DNA of 64,000 bases from Raillietiella orientalis (taxonomy: Eukaryota), in the NCBI GenBank assembly GCA_036172245.1, contig JAYWIR010000006.1:4402001-4466000 (forward strand). Direction: 5' to 3'. Of the stretch, positions 37,101 through 51,200 are shown piece after piece; position 1 is the first letter of the stretch, and each line of letters starts with the position of its first letter. Both the position numbers and the translations under genes were made by a program. The notes beneath the pieces were generated by a model. It was not told the origin of the DNA. It was given only the letters and a program-made list of their open reading frames with translations, and ran no database searches.

Positions 37101-40100
37101 CGAGGGCCAGGGGGCGGGGCGGGCTCCAGGCTGCCGCTTTTCCTCTTTCGCGAGGCCTCTCCTTTTCCTTGGGCGCACCTACAGCCGCGAACCCCCGCTG
37201 TCCCTCGTCGCTACGAGAGGAGGAGGCCGCAGAGGATCTTCCGACTCTAGTCGGTTTCTCGGACGGGGCTGTCGACCATGCTCCTTGCTTCCTCCCTCTT
37301 CCTGGGGGATGACGCGGCTCGGTAGCCACCGGGGACGGAACGGGAGGGGGCTGGATGCGCATGAGGCGCAGTGGCGTACGCCAGAGGCTAAGGATCGAAC
37401 GAGCGGAGGAGGAAGGTAGCGAGCGGCACGGAATCTCTTCCTCTCGGCGGCGTATCCAGAGGGACGAACGACGGGGAGCGAAGGCCGAAAGACCGGGGCC
37501 GAGTTGTCGGAGCAGGTCACGACGACGGCTTCCGTGCTTTCTCCCCCATGGCTCGGGTTGGGACGTAGGAGAAGGGGAGGAGGGGGGGGACAGGGGAAGC
37601 TGCCTTCGGTTGGTTGTCCGGGCAACGCGGCGCAAGCCCAGCCCCATGCTCAACGGTCCTGGCGGTGGATGCCCGAGAAGCACCATGGGCCACGCGGCAT
37701 CGGACTGCCTCCGCTCATCCCCTTCCCTCCCCCTCAACCGGCGCGCGGAGGCACCCCGGCTGGCCGGGAATGCCAACGAGTTGGTTGACCTGCCTACAGT
37801 TGGCGGTCGGTAGGCGCCATCTGCCCTGGCATTTGGGGAGACGGCGTAGAGTCCCAGGGAGCTGGTTCCAGTCCATGGCTGGAGGTGAGCGTCGGCAGCT
37901 GGGAGACCGGGGTAGAGGCGGGATCAGTCGTGACCGTCACGTCTTCCTGCATGCGGCGCCCTCAGCAGCCCCCTTGGGCCTCTCTGCAGAGGTGCGCTCG
38001 GCTCCCTGGAGGTCCCCACACTACGGGGGTGGAGGAGGGGACAGAATCCAGGCAGCGGGTCGCGGGAGCTCCCCTGGCGGCGAGCTTCGGAGTCGGAGGC
38101 GCGAGCCGCCCCCGAGGGGCGCTCGGGGTACCTTGCCGCGCACGCCTTCGGGTCTCGGGTGGTGAGCCGGAGCAAAGACGAGTCGGGAGGGGGACGGAGG
38201 GCTTTCCTTGAGCGACGGGTGGACGCAATCTGCGAGTGCGGTGCTACCCGTCGCACGGCGGCGGTGGGCGACGGCCGCTGCGCGAGCGCCCTGCTGATGC
38301 TGCCTGCGGCGGCGCGTGCGGAGCCGTGCCGAGGAGAGCGCCTGGTCTCTGACGCGCTCTACGAGAGGGCCTGAGGGCCTCCCGCGGCGCGGCGCGGCTC
38401 GTGCGAGCCGACTAGACCTTCCGCCGCCCGCTCCCGTTTTCGTGACGACGGCGGCAACAGCTGCTAGCCTTCCTCATCCGGCACGGAGCCCTCGCTAGCG
38501 CGGAGCTTCCCTTTCCGTTCCGGTCGGTCAGTGCGTGGGAGGCGCAAGGGGGGAAGGAGGAAACGGGATGGGGAGGAACGAGCGTGCACGGCGTTTTTCC
38601 GAGCGTTTCCCGTTCGCATCCCTGCCCTCGCCGCCGTCCACACCGTGGTGCGCTCCCTGCTTGATCTCGTGGGAGAAGCAAGGTGGCTGAGGAGCCGGCC
38701 GTCTCCCCTCCCCCATCCTTTCCCTTCCCCTCCGCCCCTGCATCGGGCAGCCTTCCGGAATAGAGGCTGCTCGCGCGGGTGCACGGGGTGTCGGGAGATG
38801 TCACAGGTGCTCCTCCTCCTCCGGAGGGGAAGGAAGGCTCCTGCAGGCGGCCCCCAGGTGGCTGGCGTAAGGCTGCGAGGCTGGAGGCCGAGTTCCCTTG
38901 GAAACGACTGCGAAGTGGGGGAAGAGGGGTGGAAGCGCCTCCCGTCGGGTGTGCAACGGGCTGGTGGGCAGACGTCGGCACTGCAGGACTCCCACGAAGA
39001 GCAAGGCAGAGGGTCAGAGACCACCGTGACCCGAGTTTCCGCGACCGTCCTCGGCTTCCCGGGAAGCGCCCGCTCTTTAAGGGACATGCAGGGATGCCCA
39101 AAGACCTTCCTCCACCCTCGGCCTCGCCGCATCCGCTCCTCCCTTTCGTGACGCGCCAAGAGCAAGCGGGGTCCTCCAAGTGCCTTTCCTCCTCTGCACC
39201 CCGCTTGCCCTCCTGTCGACTTCGCTCCAGTTCAGCTCGACCTGCCTGTCGGGGAGGTCGCCTCCTTGACCTTCCCGTGGAGTCGCTCTCGCGAGCCCTG
39301 CCAAGGTGGCGGAGCAGGAAGCCGTTCCTCTCCCAATGAGGACCGCGGGCACTTTACCTCGCCGACCAGAGAGGCAGCAGCAAGGGGAGCTCCCGCTTGG
39401 GTGGCCGGACGCGACCCCCTGAAGGATCCCTCTGATCGCGGAGCCGGCGTGCTCCGCCTCCTGGCTACAAAAGTGGCTGGCGCGTGGGGATCCTCCGGTA
39501 GAGGCGCCACCCGCCGCGAGTCGCGCCGTTGATTCCAGCACTCGTCTGGAAACCCTCTGGAGGGACTTCGACTGCCGGGCGCTCAACGGTAACGAGGACC
39601 GAGAGGACGTGGGAGAGAGGCGCTTGGAGAAGGCGCGGACAGCCCCCGGGGCGGCAGCCAGGGAAAAATGCTGCGGGAGGAGAGGAAGCTGCCACCAGTA
39701 GTGACCTCTCCGCTGATGCGGGGCTTTCGACTTGTCCTCGCCTCCCTTCTCACGTCTTCCTGGACGGACATCCTCAGGGAACATCGCGACCCTCCGTCCT
39801 GGTGGTCGACAGGGAGGAGGAGGAGCCGTGTTCTTCCGGGTCGCCACCCGGAGACGACTTCGCTCTTCAGAATCCCTCCTGCTGCCGACTCCCACGCTGG
39901 AGTTCCCCGGTAGCCGCGCGCGCTCTCCAGGGTCACGACAGATCCCAGGATGTGGGATCTGTCGTGCTGGGGAAGACTTCCGGTTCTCTTCTGGCCTCTC
40001 TCTCTTCCGCTGCAGAGCCCGGCGCTCCGGACGAGCGGGACGCCTGCCTGAGGGCAGCAGCGCCTCTCCGGAAAGAGCCCGCACGCCGGCTCCAGGAAAG

Positions 40101-40400
40101 CTCACAGGGCGGGAGCGGGCCTCGTCCACGAGCGGCCTCCTTCGCGCCTCGCAGTGGTCACGTGGCTCCCTCCCTCCCCTTGCCTGACTTCTCGGATCCG
40201 CTTACGGGGTGTGCAGCGCCCCTCCTCTCCTGACGCACGAAGAGGGTCCAAGAAAAGGCCCTCTCCCAGGAGGGCTGCCCCTGGACAGCCTTCCGCCGAT
40301 GCCGCGGCTGTGCCTCTTGGCTCCTTCCCGGTGAGGAGTTGCGCCATCATTCCAGCCTCCCTTTCCCCTTTCCTTCCCTGTGTTCGTGCGCGTGTTTTCC

Positions 40401-40406
40401 TTTATT
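40401..40406 (-). promoter_or_regulatory. Candidate cyclin D polyadenylation signal
   Basis: AATAAA on the minus strand about 230 nt after the cyclin D stop, in an otherwise GC-rich region. Confidence 0.45.
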
Positions 40407-40635
40407 CGGCAGTCGGGAATCGGAGCGCGGGCTCTCGATCCCGGAGACTAGAAGTCGAAAGGCCCGGCGGCGGCGGGAGGGTCGGGATGAGACCGGAGAG
40501 CAGTTCCCGGCTGCTGGCGACGGGAGCTCGCCGCCGCGGGCGTCCGGAGGCGACTAGAAGACCGCTGGGGCGACGGCGAGACCTCCCTCACCTCCTCCAC
40601 TCGGGAGCGCGCGCGCGCCCGCCTCGGGCGGGGTC

Positions 40636-43600
40636 TCACGTGAAGATGTCCTGGATGTCGGTGGGCGTCTCCTGGGGACGCCCCGCAGAGTCCCCCTGCT
40701 CGTGCTTGGGTACCGGGAGGCAAGGGTGGGGACCCGGGTACTGCTGGGAGCAGGTGCGGGCGTGGCCAGCCGCACAGGAGAGCACCCGGGAGACGTGGTC
40801 CTCCAGGACGCAGTGTTTCACCCGGATGAGGTCTGCGAACACGGGCACGGTCCTCTCGTAGCTGGGATGATGGGCGAAGAGCAGGGCCGCCAGCAGGCAG
40901 GACGCAGCCAGCACGGATGCGGGGATGCGCAGGAAGAATTCCTCTGCAAGAACAAGGAAGCAGGAGCTCAGCGGAGGCGGCAGAAGTAGAGAGGATCGGC
41001 GAGATCTCCCCGCCCTGCTCTCGGGCTCGGCGTGCAGAGTGGGCCGCGCTCGGGGCCTCCTGCTTTACCCTCAGAAGGCAAGACGTGCTTCGCTTGAGGG
41101 TTCCCGGACGTCGCCGGTTCCCAGCAGAGGCGACGGGGCCCCGGGAGCGTGCCTTCCCAGAGGAAGTCCCTAGACTGCAGTGAGGGACTTGAAAGAAGAG
41201 TGGGGTCGGGAGGAGAAAAAGAATTGAGCACACGCGGTGACCGGCCGGCCGGCGGATCATTCCGGGAGCGTCTTCCGGATGTCCAGCCAGCGTGGACAAG
41301 CAGCTGCCGGCGCGTGCTCACCGGAAGGGGTGGTACGGGGGACGAGGGAGCGGTGGCAGTGGCATCCCGGTGGGAGCCTCGGGGCGAGTCCGTACGCGCG
41401 CGCAGAAGCGAGCAGGAAGCAGGGCAGGCGGCGGCAGGGAAGGAAGAGCAGCAGACAAAAAGGCGTGCAGGACGAGGAGGAAGGTGCTGCCATGACGCGT
41501 CATCAGGGGCGTCATCAGCTGACCCTTGCCCAAGGGGTAAGGGTCAGCTGTAAGTGGTGCTCCCCGGCCGAATCACGGAGAAAAAACCTGCCACTCCGCC
41601 CGCCGGAAGGCGCCAGTGTAGCGTCCTTTCCTTCGAGTCTTCCGGGATGCGCGTCGAAGTCGTCCGCCGGGAAGAAGTGCGGTGCCTTGCCACCAAGAAG
41701 GACACCGGGGAGGAGCGCGACCTGCCACGAGGCGCTGGACCGCCGCGCCGCCGCGTGGTCAAGGCGGGGAAGAACGTTGGCAGAACCTCCCTCGTCGGAC
41801 GATCGACTCAAATCCCGCGTGTGTGTTTGGGGGAGGAGGATGGGGCAGAGGAAGGGTTGTTCAGGACGCAAACACGGATGCAGGATACGACCCGTCCGAG
41901 CAGCAGCAGCAGTATCCGGAATGAGTGCGCGCGAGGGTCAGCCCTACGAGACCTCGGACGGGAGGAGCAGAGCGAACTCCCGGAAGGCATTCGGCTGTGC
42001 TGCGAGCCTCCTCCTCCTCCGGTGTCCCGGACGGATTTCCCCGTCTTTTTCTCTCCCCCTCGCGCTCTCTCCCCCTTTTCCTTCCCTCCCCCCACTCCCG
42101 CGAGGTGGGGGCCACGGTGGCTGCGCGCGACGCGCTCCCTCCGCCTTGCGGCAGCTGCAGCGTGTCCGGGCGACACCCCGAACCCGGCGACGCCGCCGCC
42201 GGGATTTTGTCCTCAGCCTGGGAGAGACTCCCGGACTACGCGACGGCCGTCACCCGTCACGTGCCGGAGAGGAGCGGGGAGGCGGGGGTGGAAGAGGGAG
42301 TGGTGAGGGGGGGAGGAGGAGGAGGAACTCGAACACCTCGCGAGGCGCGTGGTCTCGATCGTCCTTTTCCCTTTCCTTTTCTTCCCCGTCCTTCCTTTCT
42401 TTTTGCCTCCCCTCTCCTCCTTCTCCTCCCCCTCCCCGTTGCACCGTTTAACCTCAAAGGACGCAACAGCCGGTGCTTTCTTTTGCGGTAAGTCAAGACG
42501 TTCTGGCATGTGCCATTATTTTGATAGTCGGACCGTTAGTCAGCTGATGGGGGAGCGGGCGCGCCACGCGTTCATAAAAGAAACAGCTGCTCTCCTTCGA
42601 GGAACCGTTTCTTGCGGACGCGCAGGGAATGCCGTTTGTCTAGACAGATAAACTGTATCAAAAGGAAACGGGAATGAATGCCGCTGCTGCCCTCCAACGT
42701 CCTTCGCTTCCTCAGGATGGGGAGAGGAGGAAGAACCGGGAGCGGACGCATAAGGAGACGGCGGAAAGGAGACGGGAAAAAGGAGGAGGCGGAAAGGCGG
42801 GATGCTTTCGAACTCGCAACCCGCGCGCGCCATCCGTTCGAAGGCTCCGCAGGTCCCGACCGGACGGCGGCTGCTTCTGAGAAGCGAACAGGAAGACGCG
42901 GGGAAGAAAAGGAAAGAAAGAAAACTGAAGAAACAGGAAGAGGAAGGTCATAGCTCTCGCGACCCACCCCCGCCGCCCCCCGGCGAGGCTAACCGGTTTG
43001 ACCGTGCCGCCGCCCGAGTCACGGCGGGCAAGCCAGGAAGGCCGGGATGCTGAGATTCCTGCGGGAGGAGCTGCGGCGGGTGCGCGCGCGCGCCGCCGCG
43101 GTCGGATTCCGCCGCTTGTGCGGAACGGGAACTTACGAGCGGTGGCGGCGCGTGCCAGGTGTTGCAGCATATCGCCGCCGTCCGGACAAAAGACGCGCAG
43201 CGGCGGCGCTTGGCAACGCTCCCCCCCCCCCCTCCTTCCCCGCTCCCTACCCAGAAACCAGTCAATGCCCGAGCGCTGTCGCTGCTCCTCCCATCCCCGC
43301 GTAGCTCTGGAGATTGTCGGAACGCACGCGCGCAGATGCGGAGAGCCGGTGTGATACGGCGAAAGAGAGTTGGGGTCACCCAGGCGTCGCCCGCGGCGTG
43401 TGTAGTACGCTACCATGGGAACACCTGCTCCGCGATCGGAGCGGAGCATGCGTCCCTCTTTCAGGGAGAGAAAGGAGGATTCCCTCCCCCTTCTCCGGGG
43501 AGGCGTGGAAGCCGTCCCACTGCGCGAGAGCGCACACACCACGGACCCCCATGACGCGGTAGGGGCCTCGGCATCCGCTGAAGATGGCTTCTTGAGACTC

Positions 43601-45284
43601 CGGAAGCCGCGTGTTTGCGGCTTCCGGAGAAGCGAAGTCCAGAGGCGCTGGCCGCGGCGGCGGAACTTGCGCGGACGAGCAGACGGCTCGGGGAGGGGGG
43701 TGAGCAGGCGCCACCCACGGCCTGCGTAGACGAGGAGCGTCTGCTCTGGGCGTCCTCGGAGACGTTATGCCTGCGAGGTCAAAGGCTCCGAAAATATTTG
43801 CAAACGCCTGTCCTCGCCATGGATGCAACTGCATCTTATATAAGAATGTTCTGTTCAAGTTTATATACATGTATACATCCCTATACGTATGTATATGCAC
43901 ATATATAAACATAAACACAATAAATAAATGAAAAGAGAACGCATGCCGCAGAACGATGGCCGGCGCAGCCCCCTGCGGACCTCTCTCCTCTCCATCCTTC
44001 GATGCTGTAGGTGCACGAAATCCCCCACCAGAGGGCGTCCCTTACCTGTTATGACGAACGTGAGGATGGTGTTGGCGCACCTCCGATGCGCACTAATGAT
44101 GACATCGTTCATGTGGGCAAGGAGGTGGTCGATGAAGTCGAATCCCGTGATGGAGCACATGTCCCACCGGAGCTTCGACAGCAGCATCACTTCCCATTTC
44201 TACGGGACACGAACACAGGGCTGCCGATCTCTCTTCTTCCTCCTGGCCCCTTACCCCTGCCTCGCGCGCGCAGACCCTCCGAATCGAGTAGGAGCCGACC
44301 GCGGCAGACGAGTGCCTTCCCGGAAGGAAGAGGGGGAAGGAGACCCTTCCGGTCCGAGTGCCACTGGCACCCTCAGCAGCTGCCTGCGGAAGGCTCCCGC
44401 TTCGAAGAGGGAGCGGTGCGGACCCCGGGCGACGATGAACGGGCGCGTGCGCGGCCGGGAGAGATCCCGTGTCGAGCCTGGCTCCATTTCCGCGCAGCGG
44501 CGGCGCCTGTCTCGTCTGCCGGCTCTCCCCGTCCTCGTCCCGCTTCCGTGGAGGGAGGGCGCCCGCGGCGCGGGGATGTCGGAAGGGACAGCTGCCGGCA
44601 GGAAGTAGAGCGCATACCGAGAGCGACTGCCTCCTCGCCCGTGCGGGAAGGACCGGGCATTGGCGGCGAGGGGAGAGGGGGAAAGGCCGAATCCCCCGCT
44701 CGTCCGCCATCGGCAGGCCGGCGTGGGAGGTGGTCCTGGGAGTCGCTGCTCACCTTGATGTCCCCCTCGGACACGCTGTAGTCGGTGTAGTAGCACATGG
44801 TGGCGATGGACAGGGCCTTGCACTGCCTCAGCTTGGACGCCACCAGCAGGCACACGGTTCCCAGCAGCTGAAGGTGGATCCTGTTGATTTCGCAGGTGCA
44901 CAGGAACCGATCCAGGAAGTTGACGGCCAGAGGGAACACGGAATCCTCGCAGCTCTGCTCCCCGCACACCTTCGCGTGCGGAGGAACACACATTTTCCCT
45001 CTGCTCTTCCTCTATCCCCAGCGCCCGGCAGCCTCTAGAGGCTCGCCGCTGGCTGTTCTGCCTACCTCCATCATCCAGGACGTCACGATCTTCCTCATGC
45101 ACGGCTTGATGTCCCGCTGCAGCGACTGGAAGTAGTCGAAGGCGGGTAGGTAGGCGGACTCGAGCTGGAGGAGGTTCTTCAGCACCTTTTCCTGGCCCAG
45201 GATGTCGGGGTCGTACTCTGCCCGCAGGCCCGGTTCATCGCTGCTGCTCAGGCGCTCCCAGCAGCACAAGTCGGGGCTGGGCAT
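40636..45284 (-). CDS. CycD: G1/S-specific cyclin D, about 298 aa, 4 exons
   Basis: Exons 45284-45066, 44969-44754, 44199-44046 and 40943-40636 (GT-AG, frame-consistent). N-terminal LxCxE Rb-binding motif (LCCWE). Cyclin box [38 protein letters not shown]...LQLLGTVCLLVASKLR, then YTDYS and WEVMLLSKLRWD. C-terminal D-type phosphodegron TPTDIQDI. Confidence 0.95.
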
Positions 45285-48200
45285 CACCGAGGGAGAGGAG
45301 GTGGGTTCTGGGGGGTCTAGGGGGTGGGGGGATGGGGTATCGGACCAAACTCTGTAACTGTTTTTTTTTCTTTTTCTCTTTTTTTTCTTTTGCTTTTTTC
45401 CGGCTTCCCCTGGTGTGCACGTGGGCGCGAAGGAGGAGCGAGAAAGGGTCGAGACGAGGCTCCTCTACCACCACCACTACCACCACCAGCAGCAGCAGCT
45501 CTTGCACCTTCTTCTCACACGTGGAGGGGCAAGTCTCTCCGCAGCGCCGCCAGCGACTCCTGTTGCTCCGGAGAGCAATGTTTACATTCTGCTGGAATCA
45601 CTGGGAGCCCCATCACTTATCCCAGTCAGCCATCTGCCAGCGAGAGCCCACCATACGCGTCGATAGTCGTAAGCGATAGCACATGCCTGCAGAGTACGCG
45701 ATTGGAGCACGGAAGCGGAAGAGTGCTGCAACCAATGGCGCGCGTACGGAGGATCGCGGTGACGTAAGACGATCCTCGCGTACGACTCTACGCGCGCGCA
45801 AGCTCCCGCTCCTCCACGAGAAGTCTGCGCTGCAGTGGAGAAGGGAGGGGATAAATGAAACCTGTAAGTTATTATGTGCTCCCACTTCTCGTTTCCACTC
45901 TCCCACGCACGCATGCAGCGTGCGCAGGAAAAGTCCGTGCGCGGCAGAGGTGGGCAGGAACGCTCTCCTGGGAATCCGGGGAAGAGGAGTCCGACGGTTT
46001 CGGGGTTTCGTTCCGACGGAGGGATTTATCGATCGCCTGCAGCCGAGCGCAATTCCGAGAGGTGCCGTCCCTGTCCTGCGCGCGGCAGCAAAGAGGGTGG
46101 GCGGACGCGGTGCGGTGAAAGAGAGGGAAGGAAGACAAATTTACGCGACTCCCATGCTGTGCCTGAGATCTTTCTGGCACGAGCACGACAATCAGCCGGT
46201 TCTTTGGTTTCCAGCGTGACCTTCTACGAGGCGACTCTCCGGTTATTGCGAAAGAAAGTAGTACTTCCAGACGATGCGTAGCCATTGCCCAACGTGGTGC
46301 TCTCGTGCGTGGGAAGGAAAAAACAAAAGTAAACATATCGATCCGGCCACGTGAGTTCCTCGCGGACTTCATGCCTCCTGACTACCAAAGTCGGCAGAGC
46401 GCGTGCTGGCGCCGAGCTTGAGAGCTCAGGGATGGAGTCATGAGAACTACCAAGGGAACGCGTGGAATCGCATTCTTCCTGCCCTCTTGGGCAGGCAGAA
46501 TGCAATTCTCCAATTTCCCCGTCAACTCCGGTTCGGGGTCCATTTCGAAGGCATAAAGATGAGTACCAATCCTCATGTCATGATTTGGCAGCCGATTCTC
46601 TGCGCCTCCGAGCGACCGATCCCTGCAGAGGATCCTCTGCGCCTCTGCGTCCTGTCCCCGGAGAGACCAACCCTTGCTATCTCCGAACGAGGCACAGCCC
46701 TCTTGGTCTTTGTCACAAAACCTTGCAGACGATCTCAGCTTGTGCTAGTTCCACCACCCATAACTCCGCCTCATCCTCTTTTTGCAGGGGGTAGAACAGA
46801 GTGCAGCCGCTTTCATGGGCCTGGCCCAAGCCGCCAGACCCATGAAAGTGAGGTGGCTGTTCGTGAAGACGCACGGGGAGGGGGGGGGGGGAAGGGGATT
46901 TCCATCCCGGACGCGAACTGCAACGACCGCCCCTAGGCAGCAGACGTTCGGCACCCGTGGAAGAACACCGAAGGCGGCTTCGGCTCCCCTTAGCCGCCAG
47001 GTGCTGGTAGCAGGGAGGAACTGGTCTCTGCCGGGGCCATGTCCCACATTCTGAGCTTCCTTTCGCAGGCTCTCGCAGTTGCAGACACGTGCGCCGCTGA
47101 CTCTGTTGCCTACCGCTCGCCAGGAGGCCTTCCGGAAGCCCGCGGGAAGTGTCGCTTTGACTCAGTGGGTGGACCGGGGCGATTTTTCCAAATGCCAAGG
47201 AGACCCACAAAAAACGTTCCGCAGAGGATGGATTCTAAGGGAGACTTTATGCAGATGGATAACCGGAACGCAGATCCTGATACTCGTTCGCATCCAGAGG
47301 GAGATCTCGTTTACGTCTTGACAGAGATGGAACGAGTCACGCAAGATCAGACTTTCTGCACGCGTGCACGGAGGTTCTTTCCTCACGCCAACGTACGAAC
47401 GCGCTCTTCCTAGCTACATCCCTGCCAAACGCTTGCGCCACCCTATTCGCGTTGCGTCCACTTTGCTGGAAGCCTGGAAAGAACTGCTCTTCCCCTGGAA
47501 CAAGACACCACATAGGTTCCCACCCCGCAGCCCTGTTTTCCATAACACTCTCTCATGGAGTGAAGGAGCTTCCTCTTTACATGGAACTGGGAGATGAAGT
47601 GAAGATAGGTAACACCTGAAAGCTGCATAACACATGACAGAAAGTCTGGCGCCCTAGCAGAGTCTCTTTTAGTGATGAGTCATCGCCTAGAGATTACGAG
47701 TCCTTCAGTCGCATTCCTATGGGAGCTTTTCCCCGTCAACAACATGCTGTGAGGACCATGTGGCTAGGAAGACAGCAGGAGCAATGATGCCAGTCTCTTA
47801 GTCTTCTACTTTGATATAATTTTCCAAAGTGCATTCGCATTCTTGTATATGCGAAAACACGTAATCCCTTGTGCACGCATCCGAACACTCGCGGAAGCTC
47901 TTCGGGAGCGCAGGAGCAACTTCCTTAACTTGCGGGCGTGCGCTGCCTGACGACGCAGACAGCAAACGGGGCGTGCTCCACAGATTTCGTGATGCAGAGT
48001 CCGAGCCGCCTCGCCATTGGCACTAACGAGATGTGCAAGAGATTGAAAATCGTCTCTGATAAGACTACTCTGCCTGTCGTTGTCAAGGGAAGAAATGGTG
48101 GGCATTCTCCAGTTGATGGTTGCGCAACGACTGTACTCGCTCAAAGATCCTTCTGAACCTCCGTGAAATCTCATCTTCCTGAGCATGGGAACGGTTCTTT

Positions 48201-51200
48201 TCATGTGGAAAACACACGGAGTAAACTTCACTCTCTTCAGTAATTTGTTGGGTTTGTGCCCGCACTGCAGTCGCTGACTCTACTCTCTCCTGGAGAACAA
48301 ACATTTCCTCAATATGAGTTCAGTTTTTTAAAGGTGCCATCAGGAACGGAGGTCTTTCAGAACGAAATGGTAACCAGAAATCCTCCCAGATTTTTTTTTT
48401 TTTTCAATGTGTGACGGCATTTTACCATTTTAACTAACTCTTAGTTTGGTAGTGGTTGCACACTGACTTTTGCAGGACAATCCGTATCTGGGAAATGCCC
48501 TCTATCCGTTGTGCACGATTCCCTAGACAGCCATCACAGTTCTTTCATCTAACGGGATGCATCCCCTCAAGGGCGCACCAACCTTTCTTCTGGGTTACCT
48601 CCCCGCGTAATGTCTGCATTACCATCTCGTACGTGCCGTCTGGGTACGGGTCTGGGCCTCACGGCACGAAGAACTAGAGGTGAGCGGACTCGTAATCTCG
48701 GAGGATCCTTCCGGGAAGCGGAGCCCTTCACGTGGGTCTCCACTCAACTACGAGGAAGCCTGGACTCCCGCAAGAGCCTCACAAAGAGCACTGAGAGGGT
48801 TCGATTGCATTCAAGTCCACTTCGCACCATTCACATATCGCTTTCGAATTTGCACGTTGCCAAGAAGACTGCTAGCTGCCCTGGATTCGCGTCTACCCCG
48901 CCCTAATTCGGTCATCGTGAAACCCAAACGCAAGATATCTGCTTTTCCCAAGAGTGATTGATCGCAGGTTTGCGGGATGTGGTGAGAAAGGGCAGTTCGA
49001 AGCCTACATGATATCCCCAGGTCGGACTCACAGCATCGCTCCTCCGGCATGGGTTCCAAAAATTGCCGAAGAGAAATGGGGTTCAGCGCAAATCGGTCGA
49101 CGTTGACCGAGGACGGCAAGGAGGTGGACTTCCAGCTCTTCATCCAGCGGTGGCTCTTCCAAGTTTCGAAAAGGTTCCGGAAGTCATTCTAATCATCGAT
49201 TCGCCTCCCATCATGATTTCGACTCTTCTAAATTCTCGAGTTCGTTCGCCATTAAGAACTGCGATTCCTAGAAGTCTTTCCGTTTTGATGGACCCGACCC
49301 CAGCAGTAACCAACAAGAATTCCCTGTCGTTTGTACGTTCCGTTCCCTCGTATCGCACAGGAAGCGGAACCCAGGTATTTCCCGTTGTGCACCCTATACG
49401 TTTCACATCACCAAGGCTCTGGTTTCAAAAGTACAGAAGCACGTTTCTCCGTTTCGAGGTCCATAAGCTCCGAACGGATGCCTGCTCATTCTGGCTAGCG
49501 CGCTAGTGTGACTGTTTGTAGGTAACAAGGGATGCGACCCACCGGCATCTCGCAGGAACCCCACATTCCTCTCAAATCTTCATAATACCAAAATAGGATG
49601 CTCGTTATCTCTGTTGAAATCCAGCTCCCATTTGTACATGACAACTGACAATTATGCTCTGGTAGTCACCACGTAAAGCAACTGTTGACAGGGAATTCAA
49701 GGATGAAAACCCAGATCAGAAGGATGAGCCAGGTCACATATTACCCTCGGCCACAAACAACAGCATCACAGAAAGCGGATTCCTCGAAAGGCGAACCTTT
49801 ACGCTGAAGTGGAACATTGCAATCCTCCCGCAATCAGAGCAGCAAAGGGGAAGCAGACTGCCAGGCAGTCCTGCACTTTTCGATACCCAGAAGTAGCAAA
49901 CTTAATACGAAAAATAAGAAGATAGAGAAGAAGGGTTGAGTAAAACTGAAAAAGAGAAAGGAAAAGCAAACAAACAAAAAAACAAGAAGAATCGTCTCTT
50001 TAATATCGACTTCCGGTATGCCAGGAGCATTTATTCGCCCCTGTTTATTTATTTTTCGACATTTTGAGAGAAACCAAAGGATCTAACGGCAATGAAGGTG
50101 CGATTCGCGACAGTGCATTCAAGGTTTCAGGCACTGATGCTGTGACCAAATTCGTTGTAATCATCTTCGGTAGATCATAGGCGCTTCGCTGTCTAAAGTG
50201 AAAGCATGCCTTCCGCGTTAGTTCAGGAGCAACAGATGACCTAGACATTTCACAGTGTTTTGTGGGAAGTGATCAAAAGGAAGGCATTGATCCAGTTTAA
50301 AGAAGTGTATCCACCTATCTATCTACCTATGTCTGCCTATCCATCTATATCAATAAACACCTGTCTAATTCTTTCTCTCCCCCATCTTACATACAAACGT
50401 AGATGGATAGATTTCCCCTCAATCGTGAAGAGTGATGCCCTTCGAAATTCTTCCTATTTTTTTTGTTAGAGATTCGGTGATGATTTGCAGTCACAAGGTG
50501 CTTAAGAAAGTGTGAAAGGGCTCCCCCTCGGAGAGAAGAAGAGTTGTAGTTTACACGAAATCTCAGTTTTCAACACCAAAATCTCCTAAGCCTGTCGTTT
50601 GGGGACACATCTCACGTACGCTTTACTTGGCAACGTAACATGCGCTCATCTGAAGAGAAATGGCACACACCTTTCCTAGTGACGGCAGCGGTGTGGAGAG
50701 ACGAAGAAGACCAAGTAAAGCCAGGCATCCAAGAGGGGAGCAGTGAAAAATTTGCTTCGGTCGGGGATCCCCAACCTGGTCGGAGTTTGCATATTCAGTC
50801 CGTTCCGAGATAAGCGTACCTGACAGATTGACGGATCGCGCTAGCCATCCCTAGAGAGGGCCTATTGTGGCAAATGCTGAGCCTCGTGTTGAGCCGAGCT
50901 ACTGAACGCAGAAACAATGCGGTCATGTTGAAACATGCAGCTCGGTTTCAAAATGGGGGACCAACTCTGGAGGAATGCTTCCACCAACCCATTGGCAGGA
51001 ATTGTGGGAATGATGACATTGAGGAGCGCTGACAGAGTGCGGATAAACGTCTTTTTCCTTTGCTTTCTTGAGGGAAAAGTGTCTGTGCTCCCACGAGCAA
51101 GCAAATGGTCGCAGTCCTGAGATTACGATCTAAGAGCATCAGATCGTTTGCCACCGAAAAAGGCACAGTTCATATATATAACACGCTAGTTTAGTTCATG

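Noticed and set aside
24100..40500. Many overlapping 100-400 aa ORFs on both strands (e.g. 31604-32758, 36625-37776, 39077-40129)
   Set aside because: Arg/Gly/Pro/Ala-rich translations in all six frames with no domain motifs; expected from stop-codon scarcity in GC-rich DNA.
41237..43918. ORFs of 250-400 aa within cyclin D intron 3
   Set aside because: Low-complexity and overlapping in several frames. The cyclin D model closes in frame without them.
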